A model generated the notes under the pieces. The model worked only from the letters and a program-made list of their open reading frames with translations, was not told the origin of the DNA and searched no databases. The position numbers were made by a program, and so were the translations under genes. A stretch of DNA of 64,000 nt, taken from the NCBI GenBank assembly GCA_051294375.1, contig CM119268.1:8675008-8739007 (forward strand), read 5' to 3'. The stretch comes from Paraspadella gotoi. Lineage: Eukaryota; Animalia; Chaetognatha. Position 1 is the first letter of the stretch. Every line of letters starts with the position of its first letter. Below are positions 1-22,038 of this stretch, in pieces.

Positions 1-492
1 TGAGTTACGCCATGTATATTCGATGCGCTCTGCATCGTAATTTCATCATTTATTCTTCATACAATTTGAAAATAAATGGTCGCGCTGGCAGTCACTTAGA
101 TTTGAGGTTCTTTTCGAGAACAATCAAATTTAAGCCGCATCAAATTTTGATTCATGTGATAACGTGACTTTACAAGTAAAAAACAGTGCCAAAATTAAAT
201 ATTTACATAATATTTATATAAACATTTTAACTTTTTTAATTTGTTTTTTGTTTATTTTAGAGTCATGATTTTGGCAGCATGATTAATAAGTGATGAGCAG
301 ATGATTTGATTTCTATGTACAAGTAAAATGAAAAAAAAACATATTTAGTGTTTAAGCACTGATTTTCTGTCTCCCCTAAAGATCAGATCTGCTCAAATCT
401 AAAAACATGTTCTCTCCAGAATTATTTTGCTTTCATTTAATCTTACTAGCAAATAAATTACTATCAAATATTAATGGTTGTTAATATTTTAG

Positions 493-3400
493 TTGTCCGA
501 GGCCTGGAGTGAAAGAATGCTACTTTGCAGACAACAATAACTGCAATGGTTTCTTCCATTGCATAAATGGAGTAGCATACAAAAAGAAGTGTCCTGAAGA
601 TTTACGATACTCAATTATGAAAGCACAATGTGATTGGCCACAAAATGTACAATGTAATAACAGGCGTATTACAGTACAACCATCTGCTACTGCATCTAGT
701 CAAGCAAAATGTACCTGTCCAGGAGGAAAAAACGAATGTTATTCTGTTGATATGACCTCATGCAATAGATTCATTCAATGTTCCAATGGTACTCAATATA
801 AAAAAAATTGTCCTGGAAGTTTACGCTGGAACACAGTAAAAAATTTCTGTGATTGGCCAACTTCTACTAATTGCGGAAATAGGTAATTAAAATTGTGGGT
901 TCTATCATTCTTATATAATTATATAATATTATATTAAAAATCTTTTTTTTTCAATTAAAATGTTTTAGCTTTAACTGTTGTAAAAGTTTATTTTTTAAAA
1001 CCTTATTGTTGAAGATAATTTATCTTTTTTTCAGACCAATTACTGTAAGACCTGACAGTTCAAATATGGGTAGTGCATCTGGTAATCAATGTTCTTGCCA
1101 AGGTGGTGCAAAAGAGTGTTATATGGCAGATCAGGGAAATTGTAATGGTTTCTTTGTCTGTTCTGGAGGAAATAAATTTAAGAAAAGATGTCCTGGAATA
1201 TTGCGTTGGTCTACTATCAAAAACCATTGTGAATGGCCCAATTCTGTTCAGTGTGGCTCAAGACCTGTTACTGCACGAGAAACTCCTGGAGGAGCTAAAA
1301 CATGTAATTGCCCTTCCGGGAAATCTGAATGTTTTTATGAAGGTAAATATCTCGTAAGTCTATTTTAATTATTGATTAACACAAAATTACCAGTAATTTT
1401 TTTTTATAAATTTCTAGATAAATCTTCTTGCAACAAGTTTTATCAGTGTTCAAATGGAACAGCATTTTCTAAACAATGCGCTGATGGTCTAGTATGGAAT
1501 CCAATGAAAAATGAATGTGATTGGGTTGAATTTACTAATTGTGGAAATCGGCCTATCACTATAAGACCAAGTGGAGGTTCCAATAGCATGTCAGCATCAT
1601 GCAGTTGTGATGGAAATAAAAAATCATGTTATCAAATGAATCCTTCAACTTGCAACGGGTTCATTCACTGTTCTAGTGGTAGAAAATATGAAAAATTATG
1701 CCCAGGTATAACAATGATTTTCAATGCCTGATTTGTTTTGATCATTTTTAATCCTTGTCTTGGGTTTTGTTGCAGGCGGTTTAGTGTGGAACATCATGAA
1801 AAATAAATGCGATTGGCCAAAGGATGTGCAGTGTGGTAATAGACCGATTACTGTTCGATTTAATGGAACATCAGCTGGAGGAACCTCTGGAGGAAGCAAT
1901 AGCGGTTCAAGTGGCAGCTGGGGAACAAACAATAGTGGGGGATCTTCCGGATCATGGGGGAGTAATACAGGTGGAAGTTCTGGTGGATCCTGGGGAAGCA
2001 ATACTGGTGGGTCCTCATCAGGAGGATCTTGGGAAACAAATAATGGTGGAAATACTGGTGGAAGTTCATCCTCATGGGGAGGAAATAATAGTGGATCCTC
2101 ATCTGGAGGATCCTGGGAAACCAATACAGGAGGAAGTTCCTCTTCTGGTGGATCATGGGGAGGCAATACCGGTGGATCCTCTTCAGGAGGATCATGGGAA
2201 ACCAATACTGGTGGAACTTCAGGAGGCAGTTCTTCCTCTGGTGGATCATGGGGAGACAATACTGGTGGATCATCATCAGGGGGATCTTGGGAAACCAATT
2301 CTGGAGGAAGTTCTGGAGGAAGCTCATGGGGAGGCAATAGTGGTGGATCTTGGAATAACAATAATGGCGGAAGTTCTGGATCTGGATCATCATCTGGTGG
2401 ATCATGGGGAACAAATACTGAGGGCAGCTCTTCTGGTGGATCGTGGGAAAACAACAATAGTGGATCTTCTGGTGGTTCAGGGGGAAGCAATACTGGTGGA
2501 ACTTCTTCAGGTGGATCATGGGGAAGTAATACAGGAGGAACCTCTTCTGGATCTGGTGGTTCGTGGGAAACTAACAATGGAGGATCTTCCAGTGGTTCAT
2601 GGGGCACTAATAATGGCGGATCATCTTCTGGAGGTTCATGGGAAACTGGCAGTGGTTCCACTAGCGGATCATCTGGAAGCAATTGGGGTGCAACTGGGGG
2701 CAGTGAAGGTAATGGAATGAGTACTGGAAGTGGTTCTTGGAGTGGAGGAAGCACATGGGGCACAACATCAGATAATTCGTGGGGAAACACAGGAAATAAT
2801 ATGGGAGGAAATAATGGGGTTTCGTCATGGAGCTCTGGAAGTTCAACAGATGGGAATACTAGTAATGGATCAAATTCTGGTACCAGCGGTTGGGCTGCTA
2901 GTACTGAAAATCCTAATTCAATGGATTCCAGTTGGAGCAGTTGGAGTTCCTGGACTAGTGGTTCAGGAAATAATGGAGGTGGGCTTTTGTAAGGCTGGGT
3001 ATAGGTAGATTTTGCTTTTGCACATTAGAATAACAGATTTTGCACAATTGCTGGTTTTAAATCACAAGGCTTGTGCTTCCTGCATCCAATCGTTTAGTAT
3101 TGTTGGAATATGATATATTTTGCCCCAAAGTTCCAAAAATTGAATTTTAATTGTCACTCAGGTACTGTAGGAATCCGTGCACCTTGCTATATGCAGTGTT
3201 ATACGAAAGAATGCTTCGATAGATGCAAAAAGCCACATCCATCAGGCACATACCACTATATTGAAATTCCGTGCCTCACAGATTGTAATCCTACTTGCAT
3301 GAATGAAAAATGTCCCAATGGAGATTATCCAAGTGGTATGTGTTTTGTAAAAATTTAAATTAATTTTGCACAATTTTTATTAGAAATTTTTAGTTTTTAA

Positions 3401-5652
3401 TTTATTGTTATATTTGGTAGAATAATTTTATTTTTAGAACATAATTTGCACTTTTATGACAACTGTTTTGCTGAAAATGTTTTTGACAAGCTGGTATTAG
3501 AAAGACATGCACCTAAAAATAGAGACATAGTGGGAGCTGCATCAAAGAAATGTTAATTATTTATTTTTAAAAATCAATAAATTTTTTCATGAATATCAGG
3601 TTCGGGTATAAATGGCGGCAGCTCTTCAAACTCTGGAAATAGTAACACGTGGGGTAATTCAGGGGGAGCAAGTTCAAGTAACGGATGGACTGGCTCAGAA
3701 AATTCTGGTAGCAGTACTTGGTCAAATGAAGGTTCTGGATCATCATGGTCAAGTAACAGTGAAACCTCGTCTTCTGGAGGATCTTCCAGTAATGCAGGCG
3801 GAGCAACCACCATTACAGGTAACAAAGAGGTACCAAAGAGGTTTTTCACTGTTTCCTACATATCTTTGCTCATCATCAGGAACTGGCGATGGAAATTCTT
3901 GGTTCAGTTGGGTATCAAGCTCAAATTCTGATGTTGGAGCTTCAAGTGCTTCAGGAGTAACATGTGGATGTGGAGAACTTGTTAAAGATGAATGCTTCTT
4001 TGCAGGTTAGTTTAACATGTTATTTATCACATATCATGTAATTTATTAGATTAGGTTTAGGTTTGAATAATTTGTTTAGAGATGAAACGAAAAATTCGTT
4101 GTAATAGCAATTTTAAGAAAGTCAAAATACAATGAATAATTTGTTTAAAAATATTTGCATTAATTCTTACAGTGAATATAATGCTTAAATAACGTTTGAT
4201 TAGAAATAGCTGACTAAAATAACTTAAAAACATATTTAAATGTTTGTGAATGTTTAATTTTGAATTTTTCAAAACATAAAACAGTCAACAATCAATTAAT
4301 GTTCAACTCTTTAACTCTTAGACAAAAATAGTTGCAACCACTTCTATCATTGCCACAACATAACCGCCTACCACAAACGTTGTCCAAGCAATTTATATTG
4401 GAATGACGCGACGAAACTGTGCGACTGGCCGCGAAATGTTGTCTGTAATGTACCAAGTGGTAAGTTGTGTAATTAATTACTGAAAAAACTTTAAGATGAT
4501 AAAAATTCCTTTTTTTTTATATTTTTGATATGTAAGTATAGAAATCAATTATCAATAAATGTTTCAAAACTTAATCAAATAATATTATATCTTACTTTTT
4601 ATCGCGTTTACAGGAAATAGCAACAGTATGTCGTCACACATGGGAAGAATGATTCAACCGCCTTCAGAAATTCTTGAAGATGATGCAAAATCATTGTCGC
4701 CCAAAGGTTTATCTATTGTCGTAGTAGTAATTATTTAAATCAATTAATGTTCTAAAATAAATACTTTGTTAAATTTTTTCAACAATTTTAACCAAAAAAA
4801 AAAGGATTTGTTGCATAATTCATGCAATGCTTCTTTTCAGATTGCGAAGGCGAAAAATGTCCGGAATTTGATTCAGACTCTCTTGGTGGAACGTTTCTGA
4901 ATGTACATCCAACTTTTAGTTGTGCACCAGGTATTCATTCAAATTCGATTCAATATTAGATTATCGATCTCGTCACCATAATAGTTTTGTTGGTAGTATG
5001 ATGTGATCCGAGATGCGGATCGCAAGTCACTCGTGCTTTTAATCCTTTTTATGTACAATAATATAACAACTTTTAGGCAAGAAAGACAAAAAGCGTGACC
5101 CCAATTCCTGCGCCAACTTCATTCAATGCGATAATGGAATTGCATATCTATTTGCTTGTCAGGTAATAAAATACATTTACTAGAAATTACGTTATTATAA
5201 TATAGCGATAATGACAATAATAAGTTAATAAACTTTCTTTGTTCATAACTTCTAGGAAAATTTACATTGGAGCCAAGTTGCAGAAAGATGCACGGACCCA
5301 AAATATGCTAATTGCCCGGATAACAATAACAACAATGATAATTTTTCTATGCCTAACTCAAGTAAGAATATGTAGGTTTTATGACTAAGTTGTTGGGTCG
5401 TTTTATTACTTTGCAATGCTAAATTTTCATTTTCATATCTTTCAATGTCTGTCGATAAATTAATTTTTTTTTAATTATTAATTACCCTCTATTTCTTCAG
5501 GCAAACGTTGCTCCCCTGGATTCAGGGGAATTTTGAAAGTGGAGAATGACTGCAATCTCTACATAAGCTGCTCTGATAACGGAGAGTTTTATATGAAATG
5601 CCCGAAGGACAGGAGTTCCGATTCCAATCCTTGCAAATGGCCTTGTCCATGA
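493..5652 (+). CDS. Multi-domain chitin-binding protein (8 peritrophin-A/CBM14 domains, G/S/N/W-rich linker, extra 8-Cys module); 5' end lies upstream of the window
   Basis: Phase-consistent GT-AG exons: 493-882, 1035-1342, 1418-1705, 1776-2978, 3162(or 3171)-3335, 3600-3818, 3880-4005, 4322-4459, 4614-4706, 4841-4930, 5077-5162, 5256-5361, 5501-5652 (TGA). Repeated motif C..CN.F..C.NG.....CP..L.WN.....CDWP....C, e.g. CNRFIQCSNGTQYKKNCPGSLRWNTVKNFCDWPTSTNC. The donor at 2978 (GTGGGC) is the weakest site. Confidence 0.9.
1875..2670 (+). repeat. Coding tandem repeat, about 18 units of ~13-14 aa, GGSW(G/E)xN(T/N)GGSSS
   Basis: Visible in ORF 1760..2992. At DNA level, GGATCATGGGGA/GGATCTTGGGAAAC recurs about every 40 nt. 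Confidence 0.9.
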
Positions 5653-7334
5653 ATTGAATAATAATCTAAAGGTAAAAAATTCGAAAGTAATTAACTAAGT
5701 AAAAATTTTGTGGATATTTCGGGGAGGTGGCTCGAGAATTTTTTTTTTATAGATGTATTATGTATATATCAAATCCATTCTGATACAACTTATTTTTTTT
5801 TTCATTTTTCAAGGATCTCCGATGGAAAACGGGAAATTGACCTTGCTATCGAATTCGGAAAAAGATTAAGTCCAAAACTGCTTGTAGCGTTTTAGAAGCT
5901 TTTTTCTTTATTGAAATTGAACCCCGTCGTTATTGTAGCTGATGACTAAGCCAGCCGGGCCTTGCGCGTCAATGCCAAGCCGGTGGTTACCTTCATAGCG
6001 TCACGTTAGCTTCTGAGAGGCTATATCAACGCACTTAGAGAGGCCAAGTATGACATTTTGCGATTATCATATTCTTTAGTTTGTAGATGCAAAAACAAAA
6101 GAGCAAGCTGAAACAAAAACCAAATAAAAATATACTTATGCGCCACTGGCGTCGCTCTAAAGCGAAATATTTTTCTATCATTCGTTGCGCTTATGTTTTT
6201 TTTTGTTGTTTTTTTTTAAATAGCGGAGGGTCTGTACTAATTTTTATCTATTTACCCTCCGCGCCCTTGTAATGATTACTTTGTATTCCGAACGACGTTT
6301 TAATGATATTTACCTAAAAGCCGACATTGTAATGATTATTTTGTAAGCAAATGTACTGAACTTTACTTATTGCTACTGATGAAATCAGTCTTATCTGATT
6401 AGTACGAGCGCACAAGTTACATTAGCAGCTTAGTGTAACTGCACCGAGCCAAATTCTCAAAAAAAGGCTGGTCACCATCTTTTTTTTTATTGCAAACCAG
6501 GTATATATTTAGAAAAGTTTTTTTTATTGAAAAAAACTTTTGTGATACAGTTTTCGATGCTTGCTCTAACGCCAATAATCTGGCCTACATTTCGATGTTT
6601 ATTTCACAAACAAATTATCACTAAATGAGGTTCTACCGCTATTGTTTTGGTAAACCATAATCTTTATATCCCTTACTAACAAACCTAGTCGAATTTAGAT
6701 TTTGAAACTTGCTCATTTTCTCTCTTTGCATTTTCGCTCCCCTTGAGCCGAAGCGGGAATACCCACGCAGACACTTAGTCCCTCTGTTAGTTGACTAGTA
6801 GTATTTTTTTTGTACTTCCGTACTACGTTGTATTTTATTCCATTTAATTTTATAATTTGCTTGTCACGCATTCATCGCCTGCATTTTCGAGTCTGGAACC
6901 AAACCAGACTTTTCGCTTTTAACTTTTGCTTTTATTTTGTTTTTTTTTTGATAAAAAAATTTGCTGTCGTTGTTGTTCCTGTGAGATTAACGGAGTGCCA
7001 AATAAATGATACGCGAAGTGATAATATAAGTTTGATATCATTATCAGGTTTCTGTTTTTCTTTTTTGACATCTACCGAATGTTAATGATAGCGTTAAATA
7101 GAAAGTCATACAGAGTGACGGTTATGGCGTGACAAAAAGATAAAGCGCAACAGAAAGATATTTAATGAGTATACCAAGTTCAGCCAAATATCTAATTCTT
7201 ATCTGATATTTCTATTCAACTCTATTGGTCTTTCTTTCCGGCACTGATTGCATAAAACGACAAACGTTTTTCTTCCTTATCATTGCAAACGTGCAGTTTT
7301 GATTATTATATATATATACATATTAACATTGATT

Positions 7335-7464
7335 TATAAATTATTGTCAGTTACTCTAGGCGTCTGACGCAGCCATATCATCTGTGTTGCGGTCCTCGAG
7401 TCTTTCGCATTACGAAATTGTTTGTTGACACAACTGCCACAGTACCATTCAAGCATTCGAGTGG
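7335..7464 (+). promoter_or_regulatory. Probable TATA box and non-coding first exon of the pacifastin gene
   Basis: TATAAA at ~7335, a consensus donor G|GTAAGT at 7464/7465, and an acceptor-like tract ending in AG at ~7780, just before the ATG at 7794. Confidence 0.45.
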
Positions 7465-7629
7465 TAAGTTTATTGCCTGAAAAAGAACCTTCACCTTACC
7501 CGTCAACCAAAGGTGAACACGAATTCTTATTCTACGTTTTACATTAATATTTAACTCTATTGACTATTGACAAAACCGCCAATGGCTAGAATTATCTGCC
7601 ACCCAAAATCACGCTTTTGCCCGCATAAA

Positions 7630-7719
<90 letters not shown>

Positions 7720-7793
7720 AAGGAGACCCTCTCGGTTCTGCGATCGCTCGGATGTCTTTTGTTTTTTTTTTCCAATCGAGATCCGAAATCCGA

Positions 7794-9780
7794 ATGATGA
7801 AGTCATCGATCGTCATCGTTCTCATCGTCGCCGTCGCCGGAAGTGAGTAAAGTCCCAATCATTTACATATGCATATTTATCTTTCTCTATCATTTACATG
7901 TATTTTCGGTATTATTCATTTAAATTCCCCCTGGAATTATCGTCGATTTTTTGAGCGATTGATCTTTTTTTTTCTCCGCAGCTTCGGCGCTGAGCTACGA
8001 TGAAATCCGCAAAAAGGTTTGGTCTTTGGTTTTGATCGTACGCTAGTATTACTTTTTACAACTTAACATTTGGAAAAGTCAAATCTTAAGAAATACATAT
8101 AACTATGCATAAGAGCAATCAGTCAAACTAAGATTAAAACTAATAATAGTCCGAAAGTGATAATACAGGATGAAACAATTTATTTCTTCTGCCACCAGGC
8201 TGGGCCGACGGCGGTTGCATCAGCGCTGGAGGAACAATTCAATGTGAGCAAGTCTTTTAGTGTCACTTACGGAAAGTTTGTTTTTTAATTAATACAATAA
8301 TGGTACCACAACCACGTGAAAATATATCTTTATCTGCAGTTAAATTCATTTCCTATTTTTGAGCTTCTGTACTAAATTCACTTTCTTATCGTCCACAAGG
8401 TTTTCCCTCCAAAAAGGAGGAAAAGTGCGAAGAAGGCACGACGATGACGGACGATTGCAACGAGTGTTCTTGCAACGGCGGCTCTTGGGTTTGCTCTCTC
8501 ATCGGCTGCGCTGGGATCCGTGAGACATCGTGCGAAGAAGAAGGGCAAACGAAGCGAGTCGATTGCAACACGTGCACTTGCACGAACGGCGGATGGGCTT
8601 GCACGGAGATTGGTTGCTCTTCAAAAAGAGACGAGAAGGCGGAGGTACAAAGACTTCCGCTGACCCAAAACGGTCCGGGCTGAAGTTGAAATAAAATACA
8701 GTAGCTTTATCGTTCATTCTTTGCGGAACCAAACTTCTTTTTTTTTTAATGCGTTAAACTTTTTGTTTCAAGATTGCGAAACTCGTCGAAGAACGCGCGA
8801 ATTGTATTCAAGCCGGAAACGTTCGCCAATGTAAGCTTTCTTGGTCATCGACCAGATAACTAACCCCCGACCCCTTCTCCTCGTCCCTCTCCTTTTATTT
8901 CCCTTACACCCCCTTCCGCTTCCAGGCTTCCAGAAGCGCGAGGAGATGCCGCGCTGCATGAACGGCAAAGTGTACAAGATCGATTGCAACTGGTGCGAGT
9001 GCGACGGTGGAGAGTGGATGTGCACGCTCAACATGTGTCCGGGATATCGATCGCTTAGAACTTTGAGGTGGGTTCACCTTTTTTGTGATAAAATAATGTT
9101 TATATATGTTCAAATAAAACCAGGAAATAATTGTGTATACATAACGCTTACTAGGATCTGTTCCCGTGTCGTAGTCTTTTGTTTCATAATTTCCAAATCC
9201 CCCAGGACTTCTCCCCACGATTTTCGATCCTTGATACCCGCGTCCCGGTCTCTCAGTCGCGAGACTCGGTCCTTTAGCTACGAATTCCGGTCCTTCGCCC
9301 GCCGATCGCCCGCCCCTTTTCCCGGCGTTTCTTCGGAATGTGAAGACGACAGCGTGAAGACTCAGGTGAGTTTTTCGAGGGGCCGAACATGTAAACAAAT
9401 TTTCGCTCAGTTGTTAGCGATTTGACTATGAGTGACACACAAGCTGCGCCACGCTGCGCCACGCTGCACATGGTCATCAATGATCATCGATGCTCAATGA
9501 TCATTGGTCAACCGTATTTCTTATCACGGCTTGAGCCACATTAAATGACTCCCATATGACTCATCATATCCAGGAATGCAACCCATGTCTGTGCATCGGC
9601 GGCCAATGGATGTGCCATTCCAGGATGTGCCATCCCATCGGCAAGAGGGAGACGAGCGATTCGGCTCTTTCTCGGAGAGGCACCAGAATGGATTGCCATC
9701 GTGGACAGACGAGGATGATGGATTGCAATCGCTGCAAATGCATCGGCGGCAGATGGGGTTGCACGCTTAATGATTGTTAA
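7794..9780 (+). CDS. Pacifastin-family (MEROPS I19) serine-protease-inhibitor precursor, 5 domains
   Basis: Signal-like MMKSSIVIVLIVAVAGTSA. Exons 7794-7842, 7982-8016, 8199-8243, 8400-8644, 8773-8830, 8926-9067, 9206-9365, 9574-9780. Five C-x9/10-CN-x-C-x-C-x2-G-x-W-x-C-x4-C domains separated by KR/RR/GKR sites. One phase conflict around 8016-8205 suggests a 1-nt indel. Confidence 0.88.
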
Positions 9781-10295
9781 CCAAAAAAAAAATTATTGAG
9801 GTTTCGGTTCGAATTCTATCCAGACAGACCGACCAATGGGTCTTCGATCTTTATCATGTTTTGTGCTTTTGTTTCTTGTTTCTTTTTTTTATATCAGATT
9901 TCGAGGTGAAGGGAAAAAACCTTATCCGTCGATGCATTTAGCCTTTTTTTTTTTTTCAATTACGCACATTTTTTTTTTACCAGTTCGCAACGGAAAATAT
10001 TGAAATTTCTAAATTAATTATATTTTTATACATGATTGATTTACGATTATAAATTGTATTTTGGCCGAGTATCTCTTGTTTCCATTGGGCGTGAGATGAT
10101 GAAAATATATTTTCATAAATATGAGTGACACTTTTAAATACGTGATCTTATAAGGAAATAATGAATATCGATAAAGAAGCAGTTTTCACGAATTAAACAA
10201 ACAAACTTTAAGTTTGAGAAAGGGAGAGAAGACGCGAAAAAATGGAGTCGAGCTCTATTCTAATGCATAGGAAACAAACACACACCAAAAAAAAT

Positions 10296-13480
<3,185 letters not shown>

Positions 13481-13995
13481 TTTTCGAAATAAAAAAAAAT
13501 TCTAGGTAATATTTTTTTAAAAAATATGGATGAGATTCATCGAATCTAAATAAGTTTTGTAAATTTTCAAAAATTACTTGGATAATATTTGTGTACAACG
13601 TAAAAAGCTTTATGAACGATTTAAGACAAATCTGGTAAGAATACAAAATGAAAAAAACCTACGTCCCACTTCATGAAGGAATGAATGTACGACTGTATGT
13701 TCAAGAACTCATTACTTGAAGAGCTTTTTCCCCCTTCTTATTTTTTCTCCAGAAGCGAATTTTCTTCTTTCCGTAATTTTTTCTCTTCATCCGAAGCTCA
13801 GGACTCAAGACTCAGAAAGTCCTCGTTTAAAAGGTTTCCAGAGACAAAGAAGCCTTTTTCGTCCTCATTTTTTCTTCCCGTTTAAAAATCCATTTTCTTT
13901 CTTCTTTCCATCATCGCCGCCATCTTTTTTTTTTAACTCTTTCTTTCATTCAATATTCTATCCCCGTCAGTGGGTTTTTTTTTCGCCATCGACCG

Positions 13996-17890
<3,895 letters not shown>

Positions 17891-17958
17891 TTTGGCGGGA
17901 AATTTTGGGGATAAGGCAAAGAGCGAAGGAGGAAAATGTGAGTGGAAAAATTGGGTCT

Positions 17959-18067
<109 letters not shown>

Positions 18068-18709
18068 TAAGAGAGAGAAAGAGACAGTTGATTAACTTTC
18101 CATTCGCTTTTGCCGCAAGGGTTGTTAAAAACACATTTGCTTCGTTTTAAAAACCTAATCTATAAACGTTTCCCTCCGGTTAAACAATTTTCCGCCCGCA
18201 GGCTTCGTGGGCTGATTTGCGGAAGAAACTTCCTCGGCGGAAGGGAGTTCGTTACGTATGGCCGGTCACTTCCGGCGCCGGTTGCTCGACGCTCGGTTTT
18301 TCCGTGGAAGGTTAAATCAAGGCGGTTTCGCGTGACCTTTGACTCGACTGACTTTGTTTTGCAGAGTCCAGTGTTCGGAGACAATTTATTAAAATATCCG
18401 CTGCGGAGTGAAAGAGAGAGAAAATTTGGACGTCCGTAAAAGTTGGTGAGAAGATTGAAAAAAAATAAAGGCTCAAAATAAATGAAGTTGCATCTGTACA
18501 GAATTTCTGAGTCGGTGAGTTTTTCGATTTTAACAGTTATAAAGAAGAATTTTTAGATTTTGACAGTTATAAAAAGATTTTTTTCTATATCGATACTACT
18601 TCTTTGCTTTGGCAAGTGGAAGATAATGGAATGAAAGAGCGTCAGTGAAAAAAAAATTTTCATTAATTTCACTAAACAAGAAGTNNNNNNNNNNNNNNNN
18701 NNNNNNNNN

Positions 18710-22038
<3,329 letters not shown>

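Noticed and set aside
1875-2670. WG/GW repeats as Argonaute hooks (GW182-like)
   Set aside because: They are embedded among disulfide-rich chitin-binding domains, which implies an extracellular location.
1696-2790. Long antisense and alternative-frame ORFs (364, 298 and 219 aa) over the G/S/W repeat
   Set aside because: They are shadows of a repetitive coding sequence that lacks stops in other frames, with no independent splice or start evidence.
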